A stretch of 64,000 nucleotides of DNA, from NCBI RefSeq assembly GCF_026210795.1, contig NC_089434.1:1054001-1118000 (forward strand), in the 5' to 3' direction. The stretch's first letter is position 1. Each line of letters starts with the position of its first letter. The notes beneath the pieces are model-generated. The model was not told the origin of the DNA. It ran no database searches and worked only from the letters and a program-made list of their open reading frames with translations. The DNA comes from Rhizophagus irregularis. Its lineage: Eukaryota. Shown piece after piece: positions 1 through 13,200 of the stretch. The translations under genes were made by a program, and so were the position numbers.

Positions 1-581
1 TATGGTGGTCTACCAAGTCTACCAATTTGACGGAGCTGTGAGCACATTGCGGTTGACTCTAACCTTGTGATAATGTGAAGATTGTGGTAGCATTCAGCAG
101 ACCAACGCATTATCCCTCAGAAATGGGGAGACGTTAGAGAGTAGATTTAGGGTCCCAAGGGGCATTCTCGGGGGACGCCCTAAATCTTTGCCCAGAGGGT
201 GAGGTCTTGTTTACGAGATTTATAACCACAGCACCCCTAATAGCATAGTTTTTCGCTATTTTATAGTTGTTAACTTCTATTATGTATTTGTCATTGGTTA
301 CTCCTCTCTATAATAAAATAAATAAATAAAAATGTTTCGCACGTAAATAAAAGCATATTATTTCAATTGTGGCTGTGTATTTGCAAGGAATACTGTATCT
401 ATTTTTTCTGTTCTGAAATTTTGAGGACCTTATTAGGCGGAGAATATAAACTTTCGGTTAGTTTTACTAAGGTCAATATTTTTTAATTCTGATAATTCTA
501 TGTATCGTCGAATCATGTAATTTATTTTCTCATAAAGCCACATATTCTGATCGTGACATTTTGTCACGCACGGGTTATACA

Positions 582-830
582 ATGTCAAACGCTCAGCCTA
601 CAATGGATTCATTAAGAGAATCAAATACTGAACTTGCAAATCTTAGGAAGGAGAATGCCGAGATTCCCGAACTTTATAGAGAAAAGTAATTAAAGTTTGC
701 TGAGGTTGATGCGAAGCTGAGGCAGATTATTGAGGAGAATGCAAGGCGCGATGTTGAGCTTAAGGCCGAAGTAGTAGTAAGACTAAGGTATGACCATCAG
801 GAATTCAAAAAAGACGCAAAATAAATCTAC
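582..830 (+). pseudogene. Frameshifted fragment of a coiled-coil repeat-family protein (MSNAQPTMDSLRESNTELANLRKENAEIP...LRQIIEENARRDVELKAE)
   Basis: Manual translation from ATG 582 gives heptad-like coiled-coil sequence, broken by frameshift/stop near 670-690. It resembles a high-copy N-terminal module I recall from Glomeromycotina proteomes (unverified). Confidence 0.45.
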
Positions 831-1175
831 GATATATACCTACGAGTATGCTCATTTATTTATTTAACAAAAAAAATAGCGTATTTATTTGATTTATGAA
901 AATAGCGTATTTATTTGAAAAAGAAAAATAATGTCTTTATTTAATTAATAAGAGTGCAGCATATTTAAAATTTTATATGTAATACAGTAATATAAGCGTA
1001 TTTATTTAATTAACAATTAAAGAAAACGTATTTATCCAACTAATAAAAAAACATATTTATTTAATTAATAAGAGTAGTAGTATAATATAAAATTAAATTT
1101 ATTTATTCAATTACTAAACATTTAGAATAAATTTGTAAATAATGAAAAAGTTTCGATACTTAAAATATCCAACAA

Positions 1176-1715
1176 GGACCCAGAAATATATATATAGGGG
1201 TCAGGTGGCGAAAAATTTTTTTACTATGAGCTGTACGCAGAGACTTTTTATATGAGTAGTACGCATAATTGACACCTGATATTGAAAATCCTGCAAAAAT
1301 ACGCAAATAAAATTTCAGACATTAAGTTATTAATTATTTTATCATGGCTTCTATATTATTTATAAAACCAAATACTAATGTGAAAAAATAGAATTTACCA
1401 TTTTTTTAATAATATTTTTCTAAAATTTCACTTTTTAACCCTTAGAAATTTCTTTCAATTTATACTAAATATTACAATGCGGTTAGTACGTACAGTAAAT
1501 ATATTATATATATAAGATTAGCCAAATTTAGGCCAAAAATACGCAAACTAATTTTTTACATATAAAAATTTTGATAAAAAATACGCAATCTTGATGACCT
1601 AACTATAGATGAAAAGTTCTAAAATTGTACGCAAATCAAAACTTTACTCCGTCTAATTCCACTATGATGGCGACGCATCTGTGTACCCTACCCCTGTATA
1701 TATATTTCTGGGTCC
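1176..1715. mobile_element. Non-autonomous MULE-like MITE, 540 bp
   Basis: TIRs ggacccagaaatatatatatagggg / cccctgtatatatatttctgggtcc. Perfect 10-bp flanking direct repeat tatccaacaa at 1166-1175 and 1716-1725. Confidence 0.85.
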
Positions 1716-3432
1716 TATCCAACAACTAGCTACGGCACTACCATATGATTCACTATCCACGTCTTTCATATGTTATATATGTTGTTAAAGTTTTATGTTG
1801 AAATAAACTTTGAATATATCAATATCCCATTAATCTAAAAAAAAGAAAAAATTAATAAAGAAAAGAAAAGCCCACTTGTATGTAATCTCCTAAAAAAATC
1901 ATCTCAAGTTCTCAACAGTAGACTTTTCGAAATAACATAATAACGTCTAAATTCAGAGTCTAAGGGAACCACTTTGTAGTAAAGAGAAGGAAAAAAGAAC
2001 ATTAGTACAATGTTCTTAACTAAGAAAAAAAAAATCTTCACACTCTTATATACATACTAGTATACCACCTCCAATATTTAAAACCGGTACCTATAAAAAA
2101 ATTAGGGAATATTAGTAAACTTTTTTTAAACAAAATAAAAAAATCTTACATATTTCTCTTATTACGTACTCACTTTATTGGTATTCACAAAACTTTATTT
2201 GTCCTAAAGTCGAGATCTATTAAAGAAAAAAGGTAAAGAGCGTTAGTAACTATTCTTAACAACGTTCTTAACTAAAAAAATTCTATATTATATAAAAGTA
2301 ATAGTTATCAATGATATTCCGTACCATAAAGTCCTTTAATATACTTATTTTGACTAATAATGATGGAACTTTTTATTCCAATATCGATATACTTTTTATC
2401 CATCTTTTTAAATAAACCCACCCGTGAGAATGTCAAGAAATATTTTAACTAGGAACCGTGGGATAAACTATATTTTATATACTATGTATCCGCTTCCATA
2501 CTCATGACTAAAACACATTCTTACGTGAAATTACTAATAACAAAACAAAAAAATGAAAAGGAAAACAAGAATGAATTAAAGAAACTTACATAAGTATCTG
2601 CAATCAGTAAGGCAGTAAATGAAAAAAAAATTACTGTATATTATGGCACGTGACTACCTTCAGCCAATAAAAAAAATTTTGATCAAAATTTATTTTAACG
2701 ACAAGCGTCCAACAATATATTACGAGTAAGTTAGCGAATAAAAAAATACACTTGCGCGGTTACGCCACTTAATTTATTTTAGGTTTAATTTACAAGAAAA
2801 AAATATGTAAGATTTAAAAATTTAGATAAATTAAAAAAAAAATATTTATTTATTTATTTATTTATTTAGAGTATCGCGTATAGTTTATATATTTGTAACG
2901 GTACAGTATCTGATATTATCATACATATAAAAAATTTACGCCAAGAGGTTGGTGCAACAAACAATATTATTTCCCAATTTTTCCGTATTATTTTGCAATA
3001 TTATACAAACAAAAAATAAATTATTTTCCCAGAAATTTTAAAGGGATTTATTTTTAGAATCTCAAAATAGAATTTTATTAATCATTGTAAAAAAAAAAAA
3101 TCACACTAGTTTATATCTACACTAGTTTATATTATGCACAAAAGGTTTTAACAATGGATAAATTTTCATGATCCGCCGAATATAGTTTTGAATTTTAAGG
3201 AGTGATATCGTTAATTATTTTACGGGGTACTTTTTTGATTATATTCTAAATTTGGAAACAATTCTTTAACAAACATTTGACGAATGGTGATTATCATTTG
3301 TAAACTTGATAATACATCTCCAATTATAGTTGATAATTTGATATAATTTCATATTATTCTCAAAATTTATTTAAACATCGAGTTAATTTTTTGAAAAAAA
3401 AAAAATTCATTTTTTCATCCCTTTTTTTTGAC

Positions 3433-4050
3433 ATGGCAAAATTAACTTCAATTCCTATTGATGATACGACCAATAGCGGATACACCAGATATCAAACTAA
3501 TCCACGATATATACGTACTGAAGCTGGTTCTACATATTCTCAATCTCGAGAGACAACGGCATCTCGTTTTAGCGTACGTCTAGATAATACATTTATTGAT
3601 TCAAACCCTTTGTTAAAATCTCTTTACGATCAAGTGGATTCGATGTTACAACAATCTTCTGGTCAAGATGTGACGAAAATATTTTTTACCATTCTTGTGG
3701 CCATCGATAAAAATCTTTCAAATCCAAATTCACCACTTTCAATGAATTCTGATGCTAATGATTTAAGAAGATTATATAGTATTCCTTCAAATGGTAGAAT
3801 GAATATCACTTTAAGTTTAATGAGACCACCTCAACAATTTACTACGTCATCATCATCTCATGAAGAAATCGAAGAATCAACAAATTTGGAAGATTTTGAT
3901 TTTTCTTCTTATCATAGAATTGATTCAGATTTACTTCCTCCACCACCTGAAACCTGGACTGATTCGGATATGACTTCATTAATTGATCAAGCCACTGAAG
4001 AAATGGAAAAATCGAATAATACTTCATATGCTTATGGTGCCTATCGATAA
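3433..4050 (+). CDS. Hypothetical protein (~205 aa) with acidic, Ser/Pro-rich C-terminus
   Basis: Open frame with higher GC than its flanks. The track start at 3391 is a TTG in poly-A, so the first ATG at 3433 (MAKLTSIPIDD) is used. No recognisable domain. Confidence 0.6.
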   Translation: MAKLTSIPIDDTTNSGYTRYQTNPRYIRTEAGSTYSQSRETTASRFSVRLDNTFIDSNPLLKSLYDQVDSMLQQSSGQDVTKIFFTILVAIDKNLSNPNSPLSMNSDANDLRRLYSIPSNGRMNITLSLMRPPQQFTTSSSSHEEIEESTNLEDFDFSSYHRIDSDLLPPPPETWTDSDMTSLIDQATEEMEKSNNTSYAYGAYR

Positions 4051-4090
4051 AAAATATATAAGTAGTAGTATAAGTAGTATATATAAGATA

Positions 4091-4150
4091 TCGGTAGTAT
4101 ATAGTTTATTGGATGTCGGTAGTATATAGTATATTGGATGTCGGTAGTAT
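4091..4150 (+). repeat. 25-bp tandem repeat (tcggtagtatatagt(t/a)tattggatg), ~2.4 copies, with a further partial copy near 4201
   Basis: Read directly; lies just downstream of the 3433-4050 ORF. Confidence 0.7.
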
Positions 4151-5843
4151 GTCGTGTGCGTGGTTATCTTGGTTAAGTATATCAAAGTATATAGTATATT
4201 GTCGGTAGTATCGGTATTCGGTGGTTAATTTTTATTTATGAAAGGTTGAAAAGTTGAAAAGTTGAAAAAGTTCTTTTTTTCGTTCAAATACTTAATGTTT
4301 TGTTTGAAAATTAATTCTTAAATTTTTTTTTAAAAAAATATAAAAAAAATATAATAAAATAATTTTTCTTTTCTTTTTTTGTAATTTTTTAATTTTTATT
4401 TTTTTTTATTTTTTTTTTCAATAATAAATTTGTAATAATATATTTTTTTTTTTGCTATTTCCCCACAAAATACTTGGAACAATTATTGTCGATCATATTA
4501 TCACAAAAATGGATTACGTAATATTAAGTAAGATAATATATATTTTTTCGTTATCGACCAAAAGAGAATCTATAGAAATGTTTAAAATTATGAAAAGCAC
4601 GGGGAAAAGGTAAAAATAATAATAATGATTTTTTTTTTTTACTTTCATGAATTATTTATTACATTATTATTATTTTTTTTTTAAAACAATTTACCGCAAA
4701 AATTAAGTTTCACGTACAATGTATTAATTAGTTAATGAATATGGTCATATATGGAATATGGAATAAAAATCTCGGAATTTTTGTTAACAAAGAAAAAAAG
4801 AAAAAAAGAAAAAAAATAAAAGAAAAGAAAAAGGAAAATTGTAAGGTAACAAAGCAACAAAAAAAGAAAGAAAGAAAGAAAGAAAGAAAGAAAAAAAATA
4901 AAAAAATAAAAAAATAAAAAATAAAAAAATATATATAATAGATAATTTAATAAACCGGTATTACAATACATTAAAATTCAAAAATATCAAACATTTTTGG
5001 TTGTGAAGAAAAAAAAATAAACGGAAAGAAATGGAAGGTAATTACAGAATTAGTTAAATTATAGATCATCCCAAACAATGACTTGATCATTAGATTAACC
5101 ATTTTAAGAACCTACAGGATCGTGCTTTACAGGTTTGAATGCAGAAAGGTAGTATTATAGATTATTAATAATTTTTAATAAGTATAAATATATACAATTT
5201 TATTTTTTTACCGTATTTACGGAAATTTTTTCTTTCAAAATAATAAAAATATTTTAAATGACTTTAAATGACTTTCTAATTTTAATTTAAAAAAAAAAAA
5301 AAAAAATTTTTTTTATTTTTTTTTATTATTAAACAATAACAGACAATAATAATCTTATGTTATGTCTGTTAATTTTTAAGGAATGCAAATATGAACTAAT
5401 ATTTCCATTTTTTATTCACATTACAGGCATTACAAGTCATACCTTTATTTTTTTTTTTCTGAAAGAACCTTTACTTGAAACATCGATCATCAGCAAATAC
5501 ATTAGAATGCATGCACACCTCATTGAAGAAGCATATATGTACTTCCGCCATATAGTACCTGTCAAAAACATCATCTCTGAAGTTGAAAACCTGTCAGTAT
5601 TTTGAAGGGCGTCGGTGCAACACGTGATCTTCTCGGTCCCGCAATGTTCACTTTACTGTTTTTAGAAATGTTCTTTATTAAATTTGGTATGTATGGATTT
5701 ACCGCTTGCAAGTTTGTGTACCCACTTCTGCTTTCTCCATAATAAGTTATATTGCTGTCATTTTTATTCATTGAACTTTTTTTTTTTTTCTTGTAAAAAA
5801 AAAATTATACAAAAAAAAATTATTTTTTTCGTTAATCTCAAAT

Positions 5844-7646
5844 ATGAATAGTCTCAATACTCAAAATAAAGTCATACTTCCAGGAAAACTATCAATTGAA
5901 TGCTTTGAACAAGTTTTAACTAACCTTAAAGATGATCCTGGAACTCTTTTTTCATGTTTATTGGTAAATAGGTGTTGGTGTCGTCTTTCTGTACCTTTAT
6001 TATGGAGTCACCCTTTTGAATATCATGGTTTTGGGGAATTGGCCGCTAATATAATACAAGTTTATATTTCTTGTTTACCGGTTGATGAATTACAAATTTT
6101 AATTGATGAAGGTTTGGACCTTCCTGAATGTCACCCTCCCCTTTTTGATTATCCAAGATATTTACAAAGTTTTGAATCCGCTCATTTCACTGGTGCTATC
6201 ATGTCTTGGCTTTCTACAAAGGTTAATACAAAAACTTTTGCTTCCGTTCTTGAAGAACGTGATATGGATATTTCTACAAATACTTATATCGTTCAAACTA
6301 TTCTTGGTAATCTTTTATTTAGTCGTAGTAAAGGTATAAAAGATTTAGATATTGTTCATTTTGATGAAGATGATGATTCTTTAATCATGGATATTACTAC
6401 TTTTGATGATGCTAATAGAGCTTTATCTAGATTAGAAAAACTTCAATTCGATTATTCAGGTTGGTCCGAACAAGGGGATAAATCTTCTGAAATTATTTCA
6501 AATCTTTTCGATTTTATGACTCAAAGTTCTCATAATATTCAACATATTTATATTAATATAACAAATATATCTGATCAAGATTTTGATTTACCTCAAATTG
6601 CTATTAGTATTTCAAATTTAATTAAATCTCAAAATAATTTACGTGATTTAATTATGTTGGAATTTTGGACTCCTGATGCTGCAGCTACTATTTTTGATTC
6701 TTTACCTTCTCAATCAAATTCTTTAACTTATTTAAGACTTCATGATTTATATCAAGATCAATATCTTTTCTTATTAAAAATTTTACCTACTTTAAAAAAT
6801 TTAGAAACTTTACAATTAATTAATCTTCATCCTGATATTGATGAACCTTTTAGATTTATTGAATCTTCTGATACTATTATTAATCTTAAAAATTTACATT
6901 ATCAAGAAGAAAAATCTCATTTAGATATTTCTACTCTTATTGGTCCAATTATTCGTATGGCTAATTTAAATTTGAGATCTTTATCTTTAGCTTCCGTTAA
7001 TCCTGATTTAGTTGAAATTATTAGACAATATTGTCCTAATTTAACTCATTTATCTTTAACTTTAACTACTCCTGAAATTCCTATTTCTGTATCTAATTTA
7101 TTATCTACTTCAGTTTTTCTTCGTCATTTTTCTATTTATATTTATTCTTCAGAATTTCCTTTTCTTACAACTGAAGAATTACTTAAATTTTCAAGATCTT
7201 TTCCAAAATCAATTTTATATTTCGGTTTTTATTTAGCAATTAATTCTGATATTTTAAATTTCTTTTTAAAAGAATGTCCCGCTTCATTTCAAGTTTTATC
7301 TATATATAGACCTGAAACTATAGAGGAAAATTTATTAAAAGTTATAATAAATTACGCCAAAGATAAAAAATCTTTAAGAAAATTATTATTAGATTCTGAT
7401 GTTGATATTTATTCATATGAAGGAAGCGTTACATCTGCTACTATACAAGAAGCAAGATCAATCATACCTATAATAGATGGTACGATAGAACATAATAGAC
7501 CATATTCTGGGTAAGGTGTTGATTAAATCGTTTGATTTTTTTTTGTGATTATCGTTAAATTAATTAATTTTTTTTTTTTTAGGTCTGTTATGGATGATTT
7601 AAATGATAGGGAATTATGGGATAGTGATTTAACACCTTTATCATGA
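5844..7646 (+). CDS. F-box-like / LRR (RNI-like) protein; exons 5844-7510 and 7583-7646
   Basis: N-terminal F-box-like motif LSIECFEQVL..LFSCLLVNRCWCRLSVPLLWSHPF, then FDYPRYL and LRR-like repeats (LTYLRL, LKNLETLQL, CPNLTHLSL). Donor GTAAGG at 7511 and polypyrimidine/AG at 7581-7582 give an in-frame tail GSVMDDLNDRELWDSDLTPLS*. Confidence 0.85.
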
Positions 7647-9279
7647 TTTCATGATTTTCTTTTTTTCTTCATCAACAAAAAATCATAAAACAAAAACACA
7701 AACATTTTTTTTTTCTCCTTTCATTTTAGACTTTTTTTAGACATTGCATTTGTTAATTAAGATCAAAAAAAAAAATGATATTATTATTTTTTTTTCTCGT
7801 GAATATCAAAAAAAAAAAGATTTCACTTTTTTTTAATAATATTATTTTATCACATATAGATTTTAAAAAATCATTCAAATTATTTTTATTTAGAAAGAAA
7901 AAAAAAAAAAAATCTATGTTATATATTTTTATGTTTTATATATCACATATGCTTTATATATATATATATATATTAGAAATAATATTTATTTTATACATAA
8001 AAAAAAAAAAAATTATATATGTAATCATATATGTAGATTTTATACGCATCACAAAAAAAAAAAATTTTTTTAAGGTGAAATATTTATATAAAAAAATAAA
8101 TATTTTTTAAGTACAATTTGTAAAAAGTATATTTTTTCAAAAAAAAATATTTTTGATTCAATGATATTATTAAATTTTTTTAAAATTTTTTTCATATTTT
8201 AAAAATTTAAAGTCATCGAGATTCGAGTTGCAATGGACGCAAATTCTTAATGTACATTCTTAATGTACTCTTTGTGATCAGAATATTTCAAGATTATATT
8301 CTTCTTTACCTACAATTATATCTGATGATATCGATATCAAATATTCTAATAATATCACAAACCCCATATTTAAACCAATATTATAACTAACTAAACTGGG
8401 GCGATTGCTACTACAGATCCAAAATCAGATCGAACGACTTATCTCGTCGCCATGATACTGTACACCAATAATTATATGTTTTCTTAATTCATTCTTGATT
8501 CGTTCTTGATTCGTTCTTGTAAAGCATCTGTTATTCCCCATTAAAATTTGATCACGCATACAGTATCTATTAATCTTTTTCTCTTCAAAATTTGATTTAC
8601 AAATAAGAAATTAATTCATCTGAACTAAAAATTTATATACTTTATAACCATAACTGAACCTGATCACCAGTCATCATCAATTTTGAAGAAATTGGAATTT
8701 CATTCTCTTAAATCGTAACCTATAGCAACAAGTTAAGAAAATTTGAACGTGATGTAAAATAAGATTAACGACTTTTACCATCATAAAAATCGTTCATTAT
8801 TTAAAGTTTTAAATGAATTGAACCTACCAAATCTTTTTTAAAAATTGTTATGAAATATAATTTTTTTTTTTTATCATCATATTTCGATATGATTGAAACG
8901 CTAATAAAATATATAATAACTAGAATTGTTTAGATTAAGACGCCCAAAAAATTAATTGTAATAATAAAATCACTATGGATTATTTTTATTAAAATATATA
9001 TAAAACGTCTATACTAAAAAAGACACTTTTTTTTTAAAAAAAAAAAGAATTAATTATTATATATCGAAATTTAATTGATTTAATTAATTTGTTTTTCTAT
9101 TAACACGATCCAGTTTTCGATAGAAAAAGTCGAATTATGTGGCTTTGATGTTCGTTACATTTATTTTCACAAAATTTAATTCTCTGTCGTGGTTTGATTA
9201 TGGTTTGAACACTATAAACAAAAAAAATTGTCTTTAACAAATATTAATATTGTAACTTTACTCAATTGATCACTATATA

Positions 9280-9440
9280 CCCAGTAAATAGTTTTTGTAT
9301 AAATTTGTACCAAATGGGCTCATCCATATATGATTGGCTCTAGATTGGCTTAAATTTGGCTTATTTTTTGCATAAATTTGAGCTAATTTCGAGCCAATGA
9401 GCCCGTTTTGTATAAATTTATACAAAAACTATTTACTGGG
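9280..9440. mobile_element. 161-bp MITE with CCC termini and 3-bp TSD (ATA)
   Basis: Perfect 27-bp TIR cccagtaaatagtttttgtataaattt / aaatttatacaaaaactatttactggg, with ATA on both sides. Absent from the paralogous site in unit 2 (~17060). Confidence 0.9.
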
Positions 9441-10201
9441 ATAGTATCAATGATTTAACAATCTAAATTCATAATTAATTTATTATCTATCATATTATCG
9501 TATTTTTTTTTTTTTTGAAATAAATATTTTACGAAAAAATATTGTATATTCCATTCATTATTTCGTTATGAATATTTATTTATTTGTATATACAAATTTT
9601 TAAAATAATTAAATAACGTATCAATGAATATTCTTTCCAAATTAAATCAACATTTTTTCGAAATAATTGATATTATTAATATTTATTACATCATTTCAAC
9701 GCATGAACAAGTAATAAAAACCCATATACTCTATGAGATGATTTAGTTAAAAATCCTTCCAATAATTCTTTTTATTTGCTGTTGAATAAATAATCTACGC
9801 TAAATATGTCACAGCAATTAGTTATTATGTGTTTCTTCTTGCTAATGCCTTACAAGCTCATATTTCAGATGATTGTAGAGTGATTACAATTGTGAAATTT
9901 TCTGTTGTATTTCTTGCGTGAGAAACGTATCAAACTAATTATAACGTAAAATAGTTTTGGTTCAATTTTGATTAAGTGTTTTTGAATTATAATAAATTTG
10001 AATCCTAAAATCCTAAGATTTTTTGGTACGACTTACGGGAAATAATATGCACGATGCACCAATAAAATTGCTTGCTGGCGCACTTGTAAATCTGTATTCA
10101 CGCGTGATTTGAATTGTGGTTACACGATTAATTTAATAAATATTTCGGAGTTTATAAATGAATAACTGAACAAATTAAATATTTTATAATAAAATTTTAT
10201 T

Positions 10202-13200
10202 ATGTCTAATATAAGTAAAGTTCAAGCAGCACTTAATAGATCAAAAGCATTAATAGATTATAATATTTACAATAACATACATAAACAACTTAAATTTCGA
10301 AAACAAAAACTTCTTGCTGATAATTCCCTTACAGAAGATGAAAAAACTGAAGCAATAAAAATAATAAACCAAAAGTATGACAAAGAAAAAGTTTTTCATA
10401 ATTCAGGAACAAAAAGAATTTGTGAGAATTGTAATCAAGAATGTTTGGCTACATCATATTGTGAAGTTTGTATTCGAAATTATTTAAAAACAGAATTTTC
10501 CAATTGGACATCTGGAAATGATGATATTGATGATTTAATACAAAAATGTCAATTGGAAACAATTAGACCAAACGTGGTAATTGAATGGATACCATATAAT
10601 AAATTACAAAATATTAAATATCTAACAAAAGGTGGATTTTCTGAAATTTATACAGCAAAATGGATTGGTGGAAAATATAAAGTATGGAATTTTAAAGAAA
10701 AGAAATTAGAAAAATCTGGTAATATAAAAGTAATACTTAAAAGATTAGGAAATGTAGAAAATACAAACAAAAATTGGTTTGAAGAGGTTTGTAAAACATT
10801 TTTATAATTTTAAGTTATCAAAAGTTTCTACTAATAGTAATTTCTGTATTTTTGTATTTATAGGCTAAATCGCATTTAACTATCAGCAATAAAGATGCAA
10901 AATTTGTTCAGTGTTTTGGCTTAACTCAAGATCCATTAAAAAAAAAATTATATGCTTGTAATAAGTAAAATGGATATGGATTTGAGAAAATATTTGCAAC
11001 AAAATCATAATCAACTTACTTGGAAAGTAAAAATTTTTATTGTTCAAAGAATAATTGAAGCAGTTTATAATATTCATGAAAAAAATATAATTCATAGAGA
11101 TTTGCATTCTGGAAATATATTACATTCTCCAAGAAGTGATAAGTGGCATATTAGTGATCTTGGATTTTGTGGCCCTGCAGATAAACCAACAAAAAGTATA
11201 TATGGAAATCTTCCCTATATAGCACCTGAGGTTATTTCTGGAAAACAAACTACAACAGCATCTGATATTTATAGTGTTGCAATGCTTATGTGGGAGGTTT
11301 CATCTGGACAACCACCATTTATTAATTATGAACATGATTATGATCTTGCAATGAATATAATTAATGGTATAAGGCCAAGAATAGTATCAGGAACTCCTTT
11401 AGAATATAAAAATTTAATTGTACAATGTTGGGATGCCGATCCATCAAAAAGACCTAATATCAGGGAACTTCAAAGAAAAATAAGAGAAATTGATTTATCA
11501 TATCAAAACATGCCAAATGAATCATTTCAACCAAATATAACTAATAATTTTGAATCAGGTTTTACAAATACATATAACAAATTATTTGCAAGTAAAGTTC
11601 ACCAATTTGAAAATTTTCCCGAACCAAGAAATGCAACGGAAGGTACTACTACTTTACTATTATACTGTATAAAATATTTGTCTTTTCGTATTAAAAATTA
11701 ATATTGTGTATAATGTTTCTTCTTTTATTTATTTTACAATAATAGAAGAACAAGAAGGTAAGATTTTTATAGTATTTTGAAATTATTTATTTGTGAGAAA
11801 TAGTATTATTAATTTATATATTATGTGTAATTTAGAATTTCACAGTAAACCGCATGATTTTCATATTCCTGATAATAGTAAGTAAAGTGATTAAAATCAT
11901 TATTTAAATAAGATACAACATATTAATTAATTTCTTTCTATTTTTAGTTGATGATTTTGATAAATCAAATACTAATCAGAAAAGCAATAGTACATCATCA
12001 ACAATACTTTGCAGAAACCTCTGATTTTCACAAAATATGTTAGACATAATCACTACATGTTATTAACAGATGGTATATATATGTTCTACATATTTTAATA
12101 TACGTAATATGTTTGTAATATTAATAAAATAATGTTATAATATTTTTAATATATGTTGAAATTTAAACTAATGTAGTAAATAATTTTGTAATATGAATAA
12201 AATAATTTTACAATATTTTCAAAGTATGTTAAAATATGTACTCAAACTAATGATATAGTGAATATTTTGAATACATTGTTAATATATTTCAAATATGCTG
12301 TTGTTATATGAATAACATATTTTGAATGCTGTTGTTGATATACGAATAATATATTTTTATTTTTATGTTTCAGAAAAACCAATTTGAAGTAAAAATACGA
12401 ATAATATATTTTGAATATGTTGTTGATATATGAATAACAACGCTTCTAGCATGTGACTATCATATGACTATAAGGTCGATCGCTAGTGGCATTTTTTTTC
12501 GTCTCGGCTGTCCTATATTGGCTATATGAAGGCAGTACTATGAAACCTTAATTTTTTTTAATTTTAAATAATACAATTATATTTTTTTTAAAAAAAAAAT
12601 TTAAATTATAGATTTTATCCTTTTTGTCCTTTCACTTCAACTCGGCAATAAGAATGTTAATACAACAATTTTTTTTATTAATCCATTAACGAAAATATTA
12701 TCTGAAATAAAATTGTGTTCAAATTTACCTAATGTTAAAAAGTAATAGTTGTTAATTTATTGATATATAGCAAAAATGTATAATAACAAATTGTGACTTT
12801 TATACACATGTTAAATTTAAATGGTAGTCAATAAATTGTGTAATTAAACATAAGATATTTTGAGATATATATATAGTTGGAGCTTACTTAAGAATCATAA
12901 ACTTCGTAGCCACGCTCAATTAAGGCAATGTATTACTAGACCTACACTAAAGATGACTTTAGCAAGGCTTTCTTTGTGAATTAAAGAAATTTCATACACT
13001 TTGCCAGCTGGTGGGATAGCTTATGACCTTTAACCTCAAATCTGTTATACTAATAAACCCAGACTGTTTGCACCACTAATAAAAAGTATAAGTATAGTTA
13101 AGGTACTTCAAAGAATCCCTAAAAAGAAAAAAATTAAATGAGCAATTAGTAAACATTCATCAAATTAAAATAAAAAAAAAAATAAAATACTTTCATTTTG

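Noticed and set aside
4732..4971. Lys-rich and Phe-rich ORFs on both strands
   Set aside because: Translation of A-rich low-complexity sequence; no coding signal.
7775..8110. 111-aa ORF
   Set aside because: Poly-A/T and (TA)n 3' flank of the F-box gene.
10100..10107. CACGCGTG palindrome shared by kinase promoters 1-3
   Set aside because: Sharing is explained by recent duplication, so it is not independent evidence of function.
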